A DNA stretch of 60,493 nucleotides, taken from Candidatus Fraserbacteria bacterium. GTDB taxonomy: Bacteria; Bipolaricaulota; Bipolaricaulia; RBG-16-55-9. The stretch is taken from assembly GCA_037442925.1 (NCBI GenBank), contig JBBIPG010000004.1, positions 1 to 60,493 of the forward strand, given 5' to 3'. Numbering within the stretch: the stretch's first letter is position 1; the number at the start of each line of letters is the position of its first letter. The translations under genes were made by a program, and so were the position numbers. Below, piece by piece: positions 34,213 through 44,373 of the stretch. The notes under the pieces are model-generated. The model was not told the DNA's origin. It saw only the letters and a program-made list of their open reading frames with translations, and searched no databases.

Positions 34213-36620
34213 CTCACCCGATAGACGCGGCTGGTGTTGTCTGCGGTCTTCTCCGTGCGATACTCGTGATCGGCTCCTTCGACAAGTCCCAATTCGTGCG
34301 AAACCACAATCACTTGACCAATACGCCCACCCAGTTCTTCCAGTAGAAACTGCAAGCGATTCACCCGCTCGCGATCCAAATAGATCGTGGGCTCATCGAG
34401 GATGAGCGGCATGCGACTGCTGGCTTGTGCCAGCACCTGATGGATCGCTGAACGAAGTGCGATATTGATGAGCGCTCGCTCACCACCGGAGAGCAGATCA
34501 GGCCGAATGGTACTTCCGTTCTTGAGTTCTACCGTGATATCGTAGTCCTCGGACACGCGTACGCCACGGTAACTCGCGCCCGAATCCATGAGTCGAAAGA
34601 ACTGATTGAAATAAAGCTCAAGGGCCTTGATGTTGCGCGTGCGTAGTTCCCTTTTGAGTGCACCATAGAATTCTGTGAGCTGCTCGAGTTCCGCTTGAAG
34701 GCGCTCGATTGCGGTCAGTTCCGCATCGTTCTGTGCGAGTTCTTCTCTGTACTTCTTGAGCTGCTCCAGTTGAGTGTCAATCTTCCCACGTTCTTGGTGT
34801 AGAGCGCCGATCTCTTGCTCCCGTTGCTTCTTTTGATCCTTGAGCTGCTGTAGCACGACCAATACCTGCTGTGATCTCTTCTCCAGTTCAGCGATATCGG
34901 GCAGACTCCTCTTGATATCTGCAACCTTGGTGCGGATACGGGTCAGCTCATCTCGAAGGGATTCCATGCTCTCCATGAGCGTCTGGCGCTCCTCTTTTCG
35001 CTGGAACCCCTGGTCTTTGATCTGCAGGAGGCGTAGCGCCTGCTCCTTCAGTTGTTCGAGTTGAGTCCGTCGGTTTGCCAGCGCCCTGAACTCTTCGTTC
35101 AACTGCTGGACGGCTTTGTCGGCTTCCCTCTTTAGGGAGCCGATCTCTGCCTCTAGAGTCTGGAGTTTCTCTCTCTCTCGTTGGACTTCTGAGTTCAACT
35201 TCACAAGCGACTTCTCTTTCTGTTTCAATGTGGCGCTATACGTGTTTTCGTGTATGGGTTGCTTGCAGGTCGGGCACTTGCCTTGTTGAATCAGCGCGTC
35301 CATCTCTTCGAGTTCTCGTTGGAGGTTCCGCTGCTGGGTCTCTGCCTGCGCCATGGATGTAAGCAAAGACTCTTTCTCTTTGGAGAGGTTGTCAAGCTGT
35401 TCGGCCATGCGCTTTTGGCGTTCTTGCGTCTGAGAATGGAGGGCTTCTTGCCGTTCGTTCGTTCGCGTCAACTCTTGAGGCAGAATTTCAAGTTCTTCCC
35501 AGTTCGAGGCCTTGCTGAGGGATTTTATCACGGGTTCTTTGGACAATCCCAGCTGCGTGAGCGCTTTGCCGAACTGCGTTTCCAGCTGTTTATATCTCTG
35601 CTTTAGGCTCTCCCGTTCCTGGTCACATTGCTGGACTCTCTTCTCCGCATCGCGAAGTTGCTTCTCCTTCTGCGTGAGTTCTTCGGTACGTTCCTGGATT
35701 TCACGGGTCTGTTCCTCGATGCGCCGGAGTCTCTCCTTAAGACCATGCTGGAGCTCTTCCGCTTGGGAGATCTTCTGCTCAAGTTTTTGGAGTTCAGCTT
35801 GCTGGGCGCGGAGTCTCTCTTCGAGATCTCCTCGGCTTCTCTCGAGATTCTGTCTTTCTCGTTTTTCAATCTCACGCTTCAAGTCTGAAGAGAGTGTGCG
35901 GAGCACATCCAGCCGACGATTGAGAGCTCGTTGCGCCCCTTCTTGTGCTCGCTTGGCGTAGCGATCCAGCTTTTCAAGTCGCAGCAGTCGATCGATCATG
36001 CGACGACGTTCTTCCTCGCTCGTGCGGATCAGCCGATCGATCTCTCCCTGGCGTACGTAGACGCAGTTGGTAAAGTCATCGCGGTTCATGCCGAACAGTT
36101 CTTCAATAGCTTGAGCAACATTCTCGACTCCGAGCCACTCCTCGCCGTCATCGCGACTCAGGCGGCAGTCCTCTTTCTCACTGATGACATGGTCTCCGCG
36201 CCGTCGTAGAGCCATCTGGGCAAGATAACGCTGTGTTCCATGGGAGAATGTGAGCCGCACAGAACCGACATCGGCTCCGATGCGAAGGATATCTGGGAGA
36301 GAGCGATCCATTGCCGGACCGGCTTTGCTCCCATAGAGAGCGAAGAAGACGCTCTCCAGCAGTGAAGATTTCCCGCTGCCGTTGGGGCCCGCGATTACGG
36401 TGACTCCATCTTCAAAGGCGATCTCGGCGTGTTCATAGCACCAGAGGTCTTCAATCTGGAGGGATTCCAACTGCATGGCAGGGGTATGAGATTCCTTCGG
36501 GAGAGTTGGATGCCTCTTGCTTGGCGGTGGACTGGTGGGAAGATCTCTTTCAACGGGCTCACGTTCGCCCTCGGTGCGGGTGAGCAAATCTAGCAGACTC
36601 TGTTCCTTCTTCTTGGGCAT
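34209..36620 (-). CDS. rad50: Rad50/SbcC SMC-like ATPase
   Basis: GPNGSGKSS, Q-loop YVRQGEI, coiled coils, Zn-hook CPTC, LSGGE, LDEPT, VSH. Alternative start at ATG 36476. Confidence 0.93.
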   Translation of the reverse strand: MPKKKEQSLLDLLTRTEGEREPVERDLPTSPPPSKRHPTLPKESHTPAMQLESLQIEDLWCYEHAEIAFEDGVTVIAGPNGSGKSSLLESVFFALYGSKAGPAMDRSLPDILRIGADVGSVRLTFSHGTQRYLAQMALRRRGDHVISEKEDCRLSRDDGEEWLGVENVAQAIEELFGMNRDDFTNCVYVRQGEIDRLIRTSEEERRRMIDRLLRLEKLDRYAKRAQEGAQRALNRRLDVLRTLSSDLKREIEKRERQNLERSRGDLEERLRAQQAELQKLEQKISQAEELQHGLKERLRRIEEQTREIQERTEELTQKEKQLRDAEKRVQQCDQERESLKQRYKQLETQFGKALTQLGLSKEPVIKSLSKASNWEELEILPQELTRTNERQEALHSQTQERQKRMAEQLDNLSKEKESLLTSMAQAETQQRNLQRELEEMDALIQQGKCPTCKQPIHENTYSATLKQKEKSLVKLNSEVQREREKLQTLEAEIGSLKREADKAVQQLNEEFRALANRRTQLEQLKEQALRLLQIKDQGFQRKEERQTLMESMESLRDELTRIRTKVADIKRSLPDIAELEKRSQQVLVVLQQLKDQKKQREQEIGALHQERGKIDTQLEQLKKYREELAQNDAELTAIERLQAELEQLTEFYGALKRELRTRNIKALELYFNQFFRLMDSGASYRGVRVSEDYDITVELKNGSTIRPDLLSGGERALINIALRSAIHQVLAQASSRMPLILDEPTIYLDRERVNRLQFLLEELGGRIGQVIVVSHELGLVEGADHEYRTEKTADNTSRVYRVR

Positions 36621-36682
36621 AGTCTCTCGTGAGGAGTATAGTTGAACGAGTCAGGGGAGAGCAATGAACTTTGGGAAAATTA

Positions 36683-37732
36683 TTACGGTCTCTTCACTAA
36701 CGTTTCGAGCAACTTCGTGACCTCTTCGTCCACTCTCGAATCAGCGACCTTCGGATGGCGAATGATGCCATCGATATCACGAGTCGCCTCCGAGACGTTC
36801 AGTTGTGCCAGCCGTTCGGAGATGAGCGCATCGAGATTGCCGAACTCGAGTTGCACATCCACCCCCTGCTCCCCTTCACTCGACTCTTCTCGTTGGTCTC
36901 GCACACGCACAGCCAAAGCTCCTCGCGAGCGCGCATGTTCCTCAATCTCTTGAACGCGGTGCCCATCACGCGACAGATACACACAGACGACTGCACCCTT
37001 GAGCTGATCTCGATGGGCATCGATGCTCTTGATGGGATCTTCCTCTTCACTGATGTAGAGAAATCTGCGAGTAGGGAGTTCGCGGCGATCCAAGCGTCCC
37101 CTCTTAAGATCGATCAGACTCACTCCTCGCGGCTCGCGCTCATCCAGGCTCCAGCGCTCGGTGCTGCCGGGATACGTGATGAGCACATTCTTATCGTGCC
37201 AGATCTGATGCTCATGATAATCCCCCAAGAGCACATACGGAGCGCCGCAGGCAACTAGATCATCGTAGCGCAGCTCGCCATCGGCGCGGATGCGGTCTAT
37301 CAGCTGATGGCAGACCAGTACGTCTCCCTTTACGTGGAGCAGTTTTACATCGCGACGGCCCGCGTAATCCATGCCATAAAACTTCACACCATGGAGTTCG
37401 TACGGCTCTGAATTGAGATGTACTGCCAAGCCAAGCTGAGCGAAGAGATCGAGCCACTGCACTCCGCGCCGCTGCTCGTGGTTGCCCACGACCCCCAAAA
37501 ACGGGATGCCCACCCCTTTCAACTGGAAGAGCGTCCGAAGCGTCTCGTGAAGGTCTTCTGCTGTGGGATACCGATCATCGAAGAGATCACCAGAATGAAC
37601 GACGGCATCCACTTTTTCTCCGATAGCGATCTCAATGACTTGATGGAAGGCGTGAGAAAAATCAGCTCGCCGTTCTTCAAGACCATACTGGCGGCTGCCG
37701 ATGTGTGTATCCGCCGTGTGGAGGACTCTCAT
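36683..37732 (-). CDS. mre11: Mre11/SbcD nuclease, euryarchaeal-like
   Basis: ADTH, HSGDLFD, VGNHE, LLGDYH, YPGSTER. Confidence 0.92.
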   Translation of the reverse strand: MRVLHTADTHIGSRQYGLEERRADFSHAFHQVIEIAIGEKVDAVVHSGDLFDDRYPTAEDLHETLRTLFQLKGVGIPFLGVVGNHEQRRGVQWLDLFAQLGLAVHLNSEPYELHGVKFYGMDYAGRRDVKLLHVKGDVLVCHQLIDRIRADGELRYDDLVACGAPYVLLGDYHEHQIWHDKNVLITYPGSTERWSLDEREPRGVSLIDLKRGRLDRRELPTRRFLYISEEEDPIKSIDAHRDQLKGAVVCVYLSRDGHRVQEIEEHARSRGALAVRVRDQREESSEGEQGVDVQLEFGNLDALISERLAQLNVSEATRDIDGIIRHPKVADSRVDEEVTKLLETLVKRP

Positions 37733-37744
37733 GCCAGCCAGAGC

Positions 37745-39022
37745 TCACGCGATCGGGATTGCCTTTCGCAGTGATTTGAGTTGCCGCTCCGGGCCTACCA
37801 CCGTGAGAGTAAGCTCGTTCGAACCGAAAAGATCGTTCGCGATCTGTTGCACATCCTCCGCTGTTACAGCCATCGTGCGAGCGATCACATCGTCGATCGA
37901 GAGATGAGTTGAATAGACCTCGGCCATCCCCAGGCGATTCATACGCGCATGACTGCTCTCCAGCCCCAGCAGGATATTGCCCTTGATCTTCTCCTTAGCC
38001 AACTGAAGCGTCTCAGCGGGCACAGGCTCGCGTTGGAGCCGCTCGATCTCCTCCCAGCAGACCGCGAGAGCTTGGACTGCATTCTTGGGCTCCGTGCCCA
38101 GATAGATTGTGAAGAGCCCGCTATCGCTGAAATAACTCGACGCACTAAAGACGGTGTACACCAAGCCTAACTCCTCGCGGATGCGCTTAAACAGGCGCGA
38201 GCTCATCCCTCCCCCCAAGACCGTACTCATAAGTTCGAGGGCGTAGCGACGGGGATCATGCTTGGATACGCCGATTGTGCCCAGGCAGATGTGTGCTTGC
38301 TTAAGCTCGCGCCGATCCTCCACATGATAGCCACCTTGAGGAGGAGGAGAAGATCGTTCTGGCTGAGGGCGCTTGGCTTCTCCCAGGTCATCTAGCTTCT
38401 CTTCCGCTATGCGCATGAGACCATCTGCTGTGATGTCCCCTGCCGCAACGAGAAAGAGATGGCGCGTATCATACAGCGAAAACTGGTCGAGTAGGCCTTC
38501 GCGGGTGAGGCTCTTGACCGTCTCCGATGTGCCAGCAATCGGCCGAGCCAGAGGGTGCTTGGAGTCCCAGAGTCGCTCCGTGAACAGCTCAAAGACTTTC
38601 TCTTGCGGAGTATCCTCCTGCATGCGGATCTCTTCCAGAATCACGCCCTTCTCTTTTGTGATGTCTTCGGGTTGGAAGAGTGGGTTCTTCACGAGATCCG
38701 CTAAGACATCCACGGCTCGTTCCAGATGGGCAGCGAGCACATCGACATAGTATGCGGTGTACTCTTTGGAGGTCATGGCGTTGATGTATCCGCCCAGGGC
38801 ATCGATCTCCTCGGAGATCTGATAGGCAGTGCGATGGGTTGTGCCCTTGAAGAGCATATGTTCCACGAAATGCGAGACGCCCGCTCGTTCTGGCGGTTCA
38901 TCGCGGCTGCCCAACCGGCTCCAGATACCCACGGACAGGGGCCGACCGGGACGAGGTTCAAAGAGCACCTTCAAACCATTGGACAACGTGTCTTCATAGC
39001 ACTGAGGATAGAGCTCCCTCAT
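37745..39022 (-). CDS. M16-family (pitrilysin-like) zinc peptidase
   Basis: SHFVEHMLFKGT (HxxEH), NAMTSKEYT, GGGMSSRLF..IRE..GL.Y; usual neighbour of pnp. Confidence 0.92.
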   Translation of the reverse strand: MRELYPQCYEDTLSNGLKVLFEPRPGRPLSVGIWSRLGSRDEPPERAGVSHFVEHMLFKGTTHRTAYQISEEIDALGGYINAMTSKEYTAYYVDVLAAHLERAVDVLADLVKNPLFQPEDITKEKGVILEEIRMQEDTPQEKVFELFTERLWDSKHPLARPIAGTSETVKSLTREGLLDQFSLYDTRHLFLVAAGDITADGLMRIAEEKLDDLGEAKRPQPERSSPPPQGGYHVEDRRELKQAHICLGTIGVSKHDPRRYALELMSTVLGGGMSSRLFKRIREELGLVYTVFSASSYFSDSGLFTIYLGTEPKNAVQALAVCWEEIERLQREPVPAETLQLAKEKIKGNILLGLESSHARMNRLGMAEVYSTHLSIDDVIARTMAVTAEDVQQIANDLFGSNELTLTVVGPERQLKSLRKAIPIA

Positions 39023-39026
39023 CGCT

Positions 39027-41387
39027 TCAGTTCTTCTCCGAGGAGCCTGCTTGGATGAGCTTGAGACCGTAGCGTCCCTTCTCGTCAATGCGGATCACTT
39101 CTACGGTGACGGCATCACCCACTTTGACGACATCCTCCACACGCTGCACGCGTCTCTCTGAGAGGGCCGAGATGTGAATGAGGCCCGACTCGCCTTCGTT
39201 GAATTCCACGAAGGCACCATAGTCCGCAATGCTCTTGACTCTGCCGGGGTAGCGCTCTCCCACGTGAATGGGTTTTCTTTCGATGACGCGCTTCAAGTTG
39301 ACTCGGCCCATCTGATCGACCTCGACTACCTCCACTTCGAGTTCATCACCGATCTTGACGACATCCTCCACACGTTTCACGTACTTGTTGGAAAGATCCG
39401 AAACGTGGATCAGCCCCTGAACACCGGGCTTAAGTTCCACAAACGCTCCGAAACGCTCGATGCGGGCCACCTTACCCCGGTAGCGATCGCCCACTTCGAT
39501 CTCCTTGGTGATCTGCTCGATCTCGGTACGCGCTGCTTTCACGGATTCCGCGCTAGGACCGGAGATCTTGACCGTTCCGTCGTCCTCAATGTCGATATCC
39601 GTTCCTGTCTCCGTTAGGATCTTGCGGATCATCTTGCCGCCGGGTCCGATCACGACGCCGATCTTCTCCGGGTTGATCTTGAAGATCTCTAGGAGCGGTG
39701 CGTACTTCGAGAGCTGCGGACGCGGAGCCGCGAGAACGGCCGCCATGGCATCTAGAATCTCCAGTCGGGCGCGGCGGGCCTGCGCCATGGCTTGTGCCAT
39801 GAGTTCTTCGGAAATCCCTGTGGTCTTGACGTCCAACTGGAACGCCGTGAGACCCTCACGAGTGCCTGCCACTTTGAAATCCATGTCGCCAAAACCATCT
39901 TCGAAACCCGCGATATCTGTGAGGACCAGTGCTTCGTTGTCCTCCTCGATCAGACCCATGGCGATTCCGGCTACGGGACTCTTAATGGGCACACCGGCAT
40001 CCATGAGAGCCAGTGTGCCACTACAGACCGAGGCCATGGAACTGGAACCATTGGATTCCAATATTTCGGAGACGATGCGGATAATATAGGGGAATTCTTC
40101 TTCACTGGGGAGCACCGGTGCCAGAGCCGTCTCCGCCAGATGCCCATGCCCGATCTCGCGTCGCTTCGGTGGTCCCAATCGGCCGGTTTCGCCGACGCTG
40201 TAGGGCGGGAAGTTGTAATGGAGCATGAAGCGCTTGCGCCCCTCTTCCAGCATCATGTCGATAATCTGCTCATCCTGGCGGGTGGTGCCCAGCGTGCAGG
40301 TGCCCAAGCTCTGCGTCTCACCTCGGCTAAAGAGTGCCGAGCCATGAACCCGAGGCAGAACTCCTACTTGGCAGCGAATGGGACGCAGTTCATCGGCCTT
40401 ACGCCCATCCATCCGGATCTTGCGCCGCAGCGTTTCGTGTCGCACGTGCTCGCGCAAGATCTCTGTAAAGAGTGACTTCAACGTGTTTTGCAGCAGAGCC
40501 TGTTCCGATGCACTGAGCTGGGGATTCTCTGTGATCTTTTGCTTAAGAAGCTGCTCGATAGCGTCATCGCGAATCTGGTCGGCCCGCATCTCGCGCTGGA
40601 GCTTCTTCATCGGCCCCCACAGGCCGTCGAGACGGTTCCCTATGCAAGTCTTCAGTTCCTTCTGCAGTTTCTCTAATTCGGGTCGCGGTGGAACTTCCAC
40701 CTTGGGCTTCGGAGGCTGGACTTTCTGGATGAATTCTTTCTGCAGCTTCACCAGGCGTTGGATCTCGCGATGAGCGGCCTTGACGGCCTCTACGATCTGT
40801 TCCTCCGGCACCTCTTTCATCTCTCCCTCGACCATGGTGACGGCCTGTTCCGTACCGGCGACTACGATGTCCATGGCGCTTGCTGCCAACTGCTCCGCCG
40901 TGGGATTGAATATGAGTCTCCCATCGATGAGTCCCACACGAACCCCGGCGACCGGACCCAGAAAGGGCACGGAGCTGATCATGAGCGCGCTGGAGGCAGC
41001 CAGCATCCCTGCGATCTCCGGTGGGTGATTCTTATCAGCGGAGAGTACCGTGACGACGACGTGGACCACTTCGTTGTAACCAGCGGGGAAGAGCGGGCGA
41101 ATGGGCCGATCGATCATGCGGGCGTGGAGAATGGCCGTCTCTGAGGGTCTTCCTTCACGCTTGAAGAATCCGCCGGGGATCTTCCCGCCCGCATAGAATT
41201 TCTCTTCATAGTCAACTGTAAGTGGGAAATAGTCTATATCTTCGTCGGGGACGCTTCGGTTGACCGTGGCCAAAATGGTGGTCTCGCCAAACGTGACGAT
41301 CACAGATCCATCGGATTGTTGGGCCATCCGACCCGTCTCGATCGTAAAAGGGTCTTCCCGGTGTTGAATGATCGAAAACGCTTCCAT
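39027..41387 (-). CDS. pnp: Polyribonucleotide nucleotidyltransferase with KH and two S1 domains
   Basis: PLTVDYEEK, RMIDRPIRPLF, FSRGETQ, HGHLAE, SNGSSSMAS, GDMDFKVAGT, KH domain, two S1 repeats. Confidence 0.97.
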   Translation of the reverse strand: MEAFSIIQHREDPFTIETGRMAQQSDGSVIVTFGETTILATVNRSVPDEDIDYFPLTVDYEEKFYAGGKIPGGFFKREGRPSETAILHARMIDRPIRPLFPAGYNEVVHVVVTVLSADKNHPPEIAGMLAASSALMISSVPFLGPVAGVRVGLIDGRLIFNPTAEQLAASAMDIVVAGTEQAVTMVEGEMKEVPEEQIVEAVKAAHREIQRLVKLQKEFIQKVQPPKPKVEVPPRPELEKLQKELKTCIGNRLDGLWGPMKKLQREMRADQIRDDAIEQLLKQKITENPQLSASEQALLQNTLKSLFTEILREHVRHETLRRKIRMDGRKADELRPIRCQVGVLPRVHGSALFSRGETQSLGTCTLGTTRQDEQIIDMMLEEGRKRFMLHYNFPPYSVGETGRLGPPKRREIGHGHLAETALAPVLPSEEEFPYIIRIVSEILESNGSSSMASVCSGTLALMDAGVPIKSPVAGIAMGLIEEDNEALVLTDIAGFEDGFGDMDFKVAGTREGLTAFQLDVKTTGISEELMAQAMAQARRARLEILDAMAAVLAAPRPQLSKYAPLLEIFKINPEKIGVVIGPGGKMIRKILTETGTDIDIEDDGTVKISGPSAESVKAARTEIEQITKEIEVGDRYRGKVARIERFGAFVELKPGVQGLIHVSDLSNKYVKRVEDVVKIGDELEVEVVEVDQMGRVNLKRVIERKPIHVGERYPGRVKSIADYGAFVEFNEGESGLIHISALSERRVQRVEDVVKVGDAVTVEVIRIDEKGRYGLKLIQAGSSEKN

Positions 41388-41419
41388 CTTCGTGCCTCGT
41401 CGCAATGATGAACCGTAAA

Positions 41420-41689
41420 TTAGCCGCGGATTCCGAGGCGCTCAATCAGTTGTCGATATCGCTCCGGGTCCTTGTGCTTGAGATATGCCAGCAGGCGCTT
41501 GCGCTGGCCGACCTTGATCATAAGCCCTCGTTGCGAGTGGTAATCGTGTTTGTGGGTCTTGAGATGTTCCGTGAGGGCTTCCACCTCTTTGGTGCGTAGG
41601 GCGATCTGCACCTCCGGAGAGCCGGTGTCCTGTCCGGTCCGTTGGTGGGTCTTAATGATCTCTGTCTTCGCTTGCTTCAAAAGTGCCAT
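41420..41689 (-). CDS. rpsO: 30S ribosomal protein S15
   Basis: [30 protein letters not shown]. Confidence 0.97.
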   Translation of the reverse strand: MALLKQAKTEIIKTHQRTGQDTGSPEVQIALRTKEVEALTEHLKTHKHDYHSQRGLMIKVGQRKRLLAYLKHKDPERYRQLIERLGIRG

Positions 41690-41694
41690 GAACG

Positions 41695-42987
41695 TCAACT
41701 CCTCCTCTGATATCGTTCCTGAAAGCGGCGCACGTGCGCCTTGGCTTCCTCCTCGTCGAACGTCTGAATCACGCGATCTTCCATAACGATCCTGCCGTCA
41801 ACCATGACGGTCTTCACATCAGCTGCCTGCGCGGAATAGACCAAATTGGAAACGAGATCATACTTGGGCAACCAATGGGGACGGTCCATCTCTAGCATTA
41901 CGAGATCCGCCCGTCTTCCCACTTCAATGGCTCCAAGCTCCTCCCAGCCCAAAGCACGAGCTCCGAACTCGGTTCCCAGCCTCAAGGCTTCGAGAGCTGG
42001 CAACGCCGTGGCTTCCCCTAGTATACCCTTCTGGAGGAACGCTGCCAAGCGAAGCTCTTCGATGATGTCCAGATTGTTGTTGGAGGAGGCACCGTCTGTG
42101 CCGATAGCGACCGTAATTCCCCTATCGAGGAGTTTCTGGATGGGCGCAAACCCGGAGGCCAGTTTGAGGTTGCTCGTCGGGTTGTGGACAACACGTACAT
42201 CGTGATCCGCCAGAATCTGCACGTCTCGCTCTGTCAAGTGGACGCAGTGAGCAGCTAGCACCGGGACTTCAAAGACTCTCAAACTCTCTAGATACTCTAC
42301 GGGAGTCTTCTTCCATAGGCGGAGCGCCTCTTGCACTTCGTCTTTGGTTTCTGCCAAATGGGTGTGAAGGGGGACACCCTGTTCGTGAGCCAGATTCAGT
42401 GCGCGTTCCCATACAGAAGGATGGCACGTATGCGGCGCGTGAGGGCTGATGGCAGCGCGAATGCGCCCTTGGGCCATCCCATGAAAGCGCTCGATGAATT
42501 CTTGAGTGATCTTGAGTTCGCGGTCGGCTCGCTCGCCCGGCTCCGGGGCGATGATCCCATAGGCCAGCAAAGCGCGCATGCCGCTCTCCTCCACAGCGCG
42601 AGCGACCGCATCCATATGAAAGTACATATCGGCAAAGCAGGTCGTTCCCGAACGAATCATCTCTGCTATACCCAGAAGGGAACCCCAATACACGTCTTCG
42701 GCTGTCAGCTTGGCTTCGAGGGGCCAGATCTCTTCCTTAAGCCAACGCATCAGGGGCAGATCATCGGCATAGCCGCGCATGAGCACCATGGCCAGATGCG
42801 TATGTGCGTTGATGAGACCCGGTAGGATGAGCTGATCTCTGCCAGAGAATACACGGTTGAAGCGGCCCTTAGGTGGCGATTCTGCAATTTGGGTGATCAC
42901 TCCGTCTTCGATGGCAATGGAGACATGCTCTCGCACCGGCGGATCTCCCAGGGTGACGGCCGTGAAATCTCTTAGCAGGATCTTCAT
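41695..42987 (-). CDS. Amidohydrolase, MTA/SAH deaminase-like
   Basis: [53 protein letters not shown]. Confidence 0.88.
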   Translation of the reverse strand: MKILLRDFTAVTLGDPPVREHVSIAIEDGVITQIAESPPKGRFNRVFSGRDQLILPGLINAHTHLAMVLMRGYADDLPLMRWLKEEIWPLEAKLTAEDVYWGSLLGIAEMIRSGTTCFADMYFHMDAVARAVEESGMRALLAYGIIAPEPGERADRELKITQEFIERFHGMAQGRIRAAISPHAPHTCHPSVWERALNLAHEQGVPLHTHLAETKDEVQEALRLWKKTPVEYLESLRVFEVPVLAAHCVHLTERDVQILADHDVRVVHNPTSNLKLASGFAPIQKLLDRGITVAIGTDGASSNNNLDIIEELRLAAFLQKGILGEATALPALEALRLGTEFGARALGWEELGAIEVGRRADLVMLEMDRPHWLPKYDLVSNLVYSAQAADVKTVMVDGRIVMEDRVIQTFDEEEAKAHVRRFQERYQRRS

Positions 42988-43122
42988 GGTGGTGCTACTC
43001 CTCGAGATGATGTGCATCTGTGAAAGTCTTTCGAGAGGAACCGAGACTATTTATCATGTGCTGGATCATAGCGGGAGATGGACGGTTTCGCAATGTGGAT
43101 CTCTTGCGCGGTGATGAGGGGG

Positions 43123-43150
43123 TTTGATACTCTTTTGATTTGATACTCTT
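43123..43150. repeat. 12-bp direct repeat TTTGATACTCTT x2 (period 16)
   Basis: Exact copies at 43123-34 and 43139-50 in the divergent amidohydrolase/trpS spacer. Confidence 0.8.
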
Positions 43151-43183
43151 ACGAAGTGCACACGGCCAAAGGAGGATTACGGG

Positions 43184-44170
43184 ATGAAGCGGGAGCGGAT
43201 CGTCTCAGGCCAGAAGCCCACAGGAGAGACACATATCGGCAACTACTTTGGGGCCAATCGCAACTGGGTAAAGCTCCAAGACCAGTACGAGTGTTTCTAC
43301 TTCATTGCCGATTACCACGCCCTGACGGAGGATTGGGATGCTGGAGAACTCCAACGCGATACTCTTCACATGGTGCTCGATCTGTTGGCCTGCGGAATAG
43401 ACCCTGAGAGGTCCGTGCTCTTTTTGCAATCCGACATCCCGGAGCATACGGAGCTCTGCTGGATCTTCAATAATTTGACGGGCTTTGGAGATCTATTGCG
43501 CATGACTCAATTCAAGGAGAAGCGCGAAGAGGCAACGGAGGAGTTCGTGAGCGTGGGACTCTTTGATTACCCGGTGCTCCAAGCCGCCGACATTCTGATC
43601 TATCACGGGGCGAAGGTACCTGTGGGTGAGGACCAGTTGCAGCATATTGAGATCACTCGCCGCATCGCGCGGCGTTTCAACAGCCGTTTCGGTGAGTACT
43701 TCCCCGAGCCGGAGGGAATCTTGAGCGAAGCACCCCGCATTATGTCTCCCGCTGACCCTACAAAAAAGATGAGCAAGAGTTACGGGGACAAGCACGTCAT
43801 TCGCCTGATGGAGCCGGAGAATTCGATTGAGGAGAAGATCAAGACGGCCGTGACGGACGTAGGGCCGCGGGGACAAGAGATGAGCCCCGGCGTTGAAAAC
43901 CTGTTCTTGCTCCTCAAGCTCTCGGCTCCCCAGGCGGTCTATCAGCAGTTCCAAGCAGAGTACGAACGTGGTTCCCTCAAGTATGAGCCGCTCAAGCGTG
44001 CGCTCTTCGAGAATCTCATGACAACGCTTCACCCCATCCGTGAGCGGCGCAAGAGGCTTCGTGAGAGCGATGCCAAAGACGTACTCAAAGCGGGTGCCGC
44101 GAAGGCGGGCAAAATCGCACGAGAGACCCTCCACGAGGTCCGGCGACGCATCGGGGTTGGAATCTCCTAA
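43184..44170 (+). CDS. trpS: Tryptophan--tRNA ligase
   Basis: SGQKPTG..HIGNY, YPVLQAADIL, VPVGEDQ, KKMSKS. Confidence 0.97.
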   Translation: MKRERIVSGQKPTGETHIGNYFGANRNWVKLQDQYECFYFIADYHALTEDWDAGELQRDTLHMVLDLLACGIDPERSVLFLQSDIPEHTELCWIFNNLTGFGDLLRMTQFKEKREEATEEFVSVGLFDYPVLQAADILIYHGAKVPVGEDQLQHIEITRRIARRFNSRFGEYFPEPEGILSEAPRIMSPADPTKKMSKSYGDKHVIRLMEPENSIEEKIKTAVTDVGPRGQEMSPGVENLFLLLKLSAPQAVYQQFQAEYERGSLKYEPLKRALFENLMTTLHPIRERRKRLRESDAKDVLKAGAAKAGKIARETLHEVRRRIGVGIS

Positions 44171-44264
44171 AATCATAAAGTCTTCGCATAGGTAGAGCAT
44201 TTCTTCCACTTTCAAGACGTGGCTTTTAACGTTTTTTTAACGTTTGGGGTGTATAGTAGTCAGT

Positions 44265-44373
44265 AGGGGCCCGGCTTGGGCAGGGGGACACCCCGGGATG
44301 GGGAGAACTGGCGGTGGATTTTCCCCGATAGGGTGTAAGAGGGCGCGGTTCGAGACTGTAGAGTCGGGCCCCT
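44265..44373 (+). ncRNA. Putative ~109-nt structured ncRNA (compact 6S-like or tRNA-like)
   Basis: 12-13 bp terminal helix, internal long hairpin, small TTCGAGA-loop hairpin, and upstream TATAGT -10 at 44252-57; lies in a non-coding gap. Confidence 0.65.

Noticed and set aside
35000-36000. Low-complexity CT-rich tracts in rad50
   Set aside because: Explained by Glu/Lys/Arg/Gln-rich coiled-coil coding on the minus strand.
44265-44373. SRP 4.5S RNA, T-box, or simple terminator
   Set aside because: It lacks the SRP helix-8 GNRA/CAGG..GGAAG..AGCAG motif; it is not upstream of a synthetase; it is too large and complex, with no U-tract, for an intrinsic terminator.
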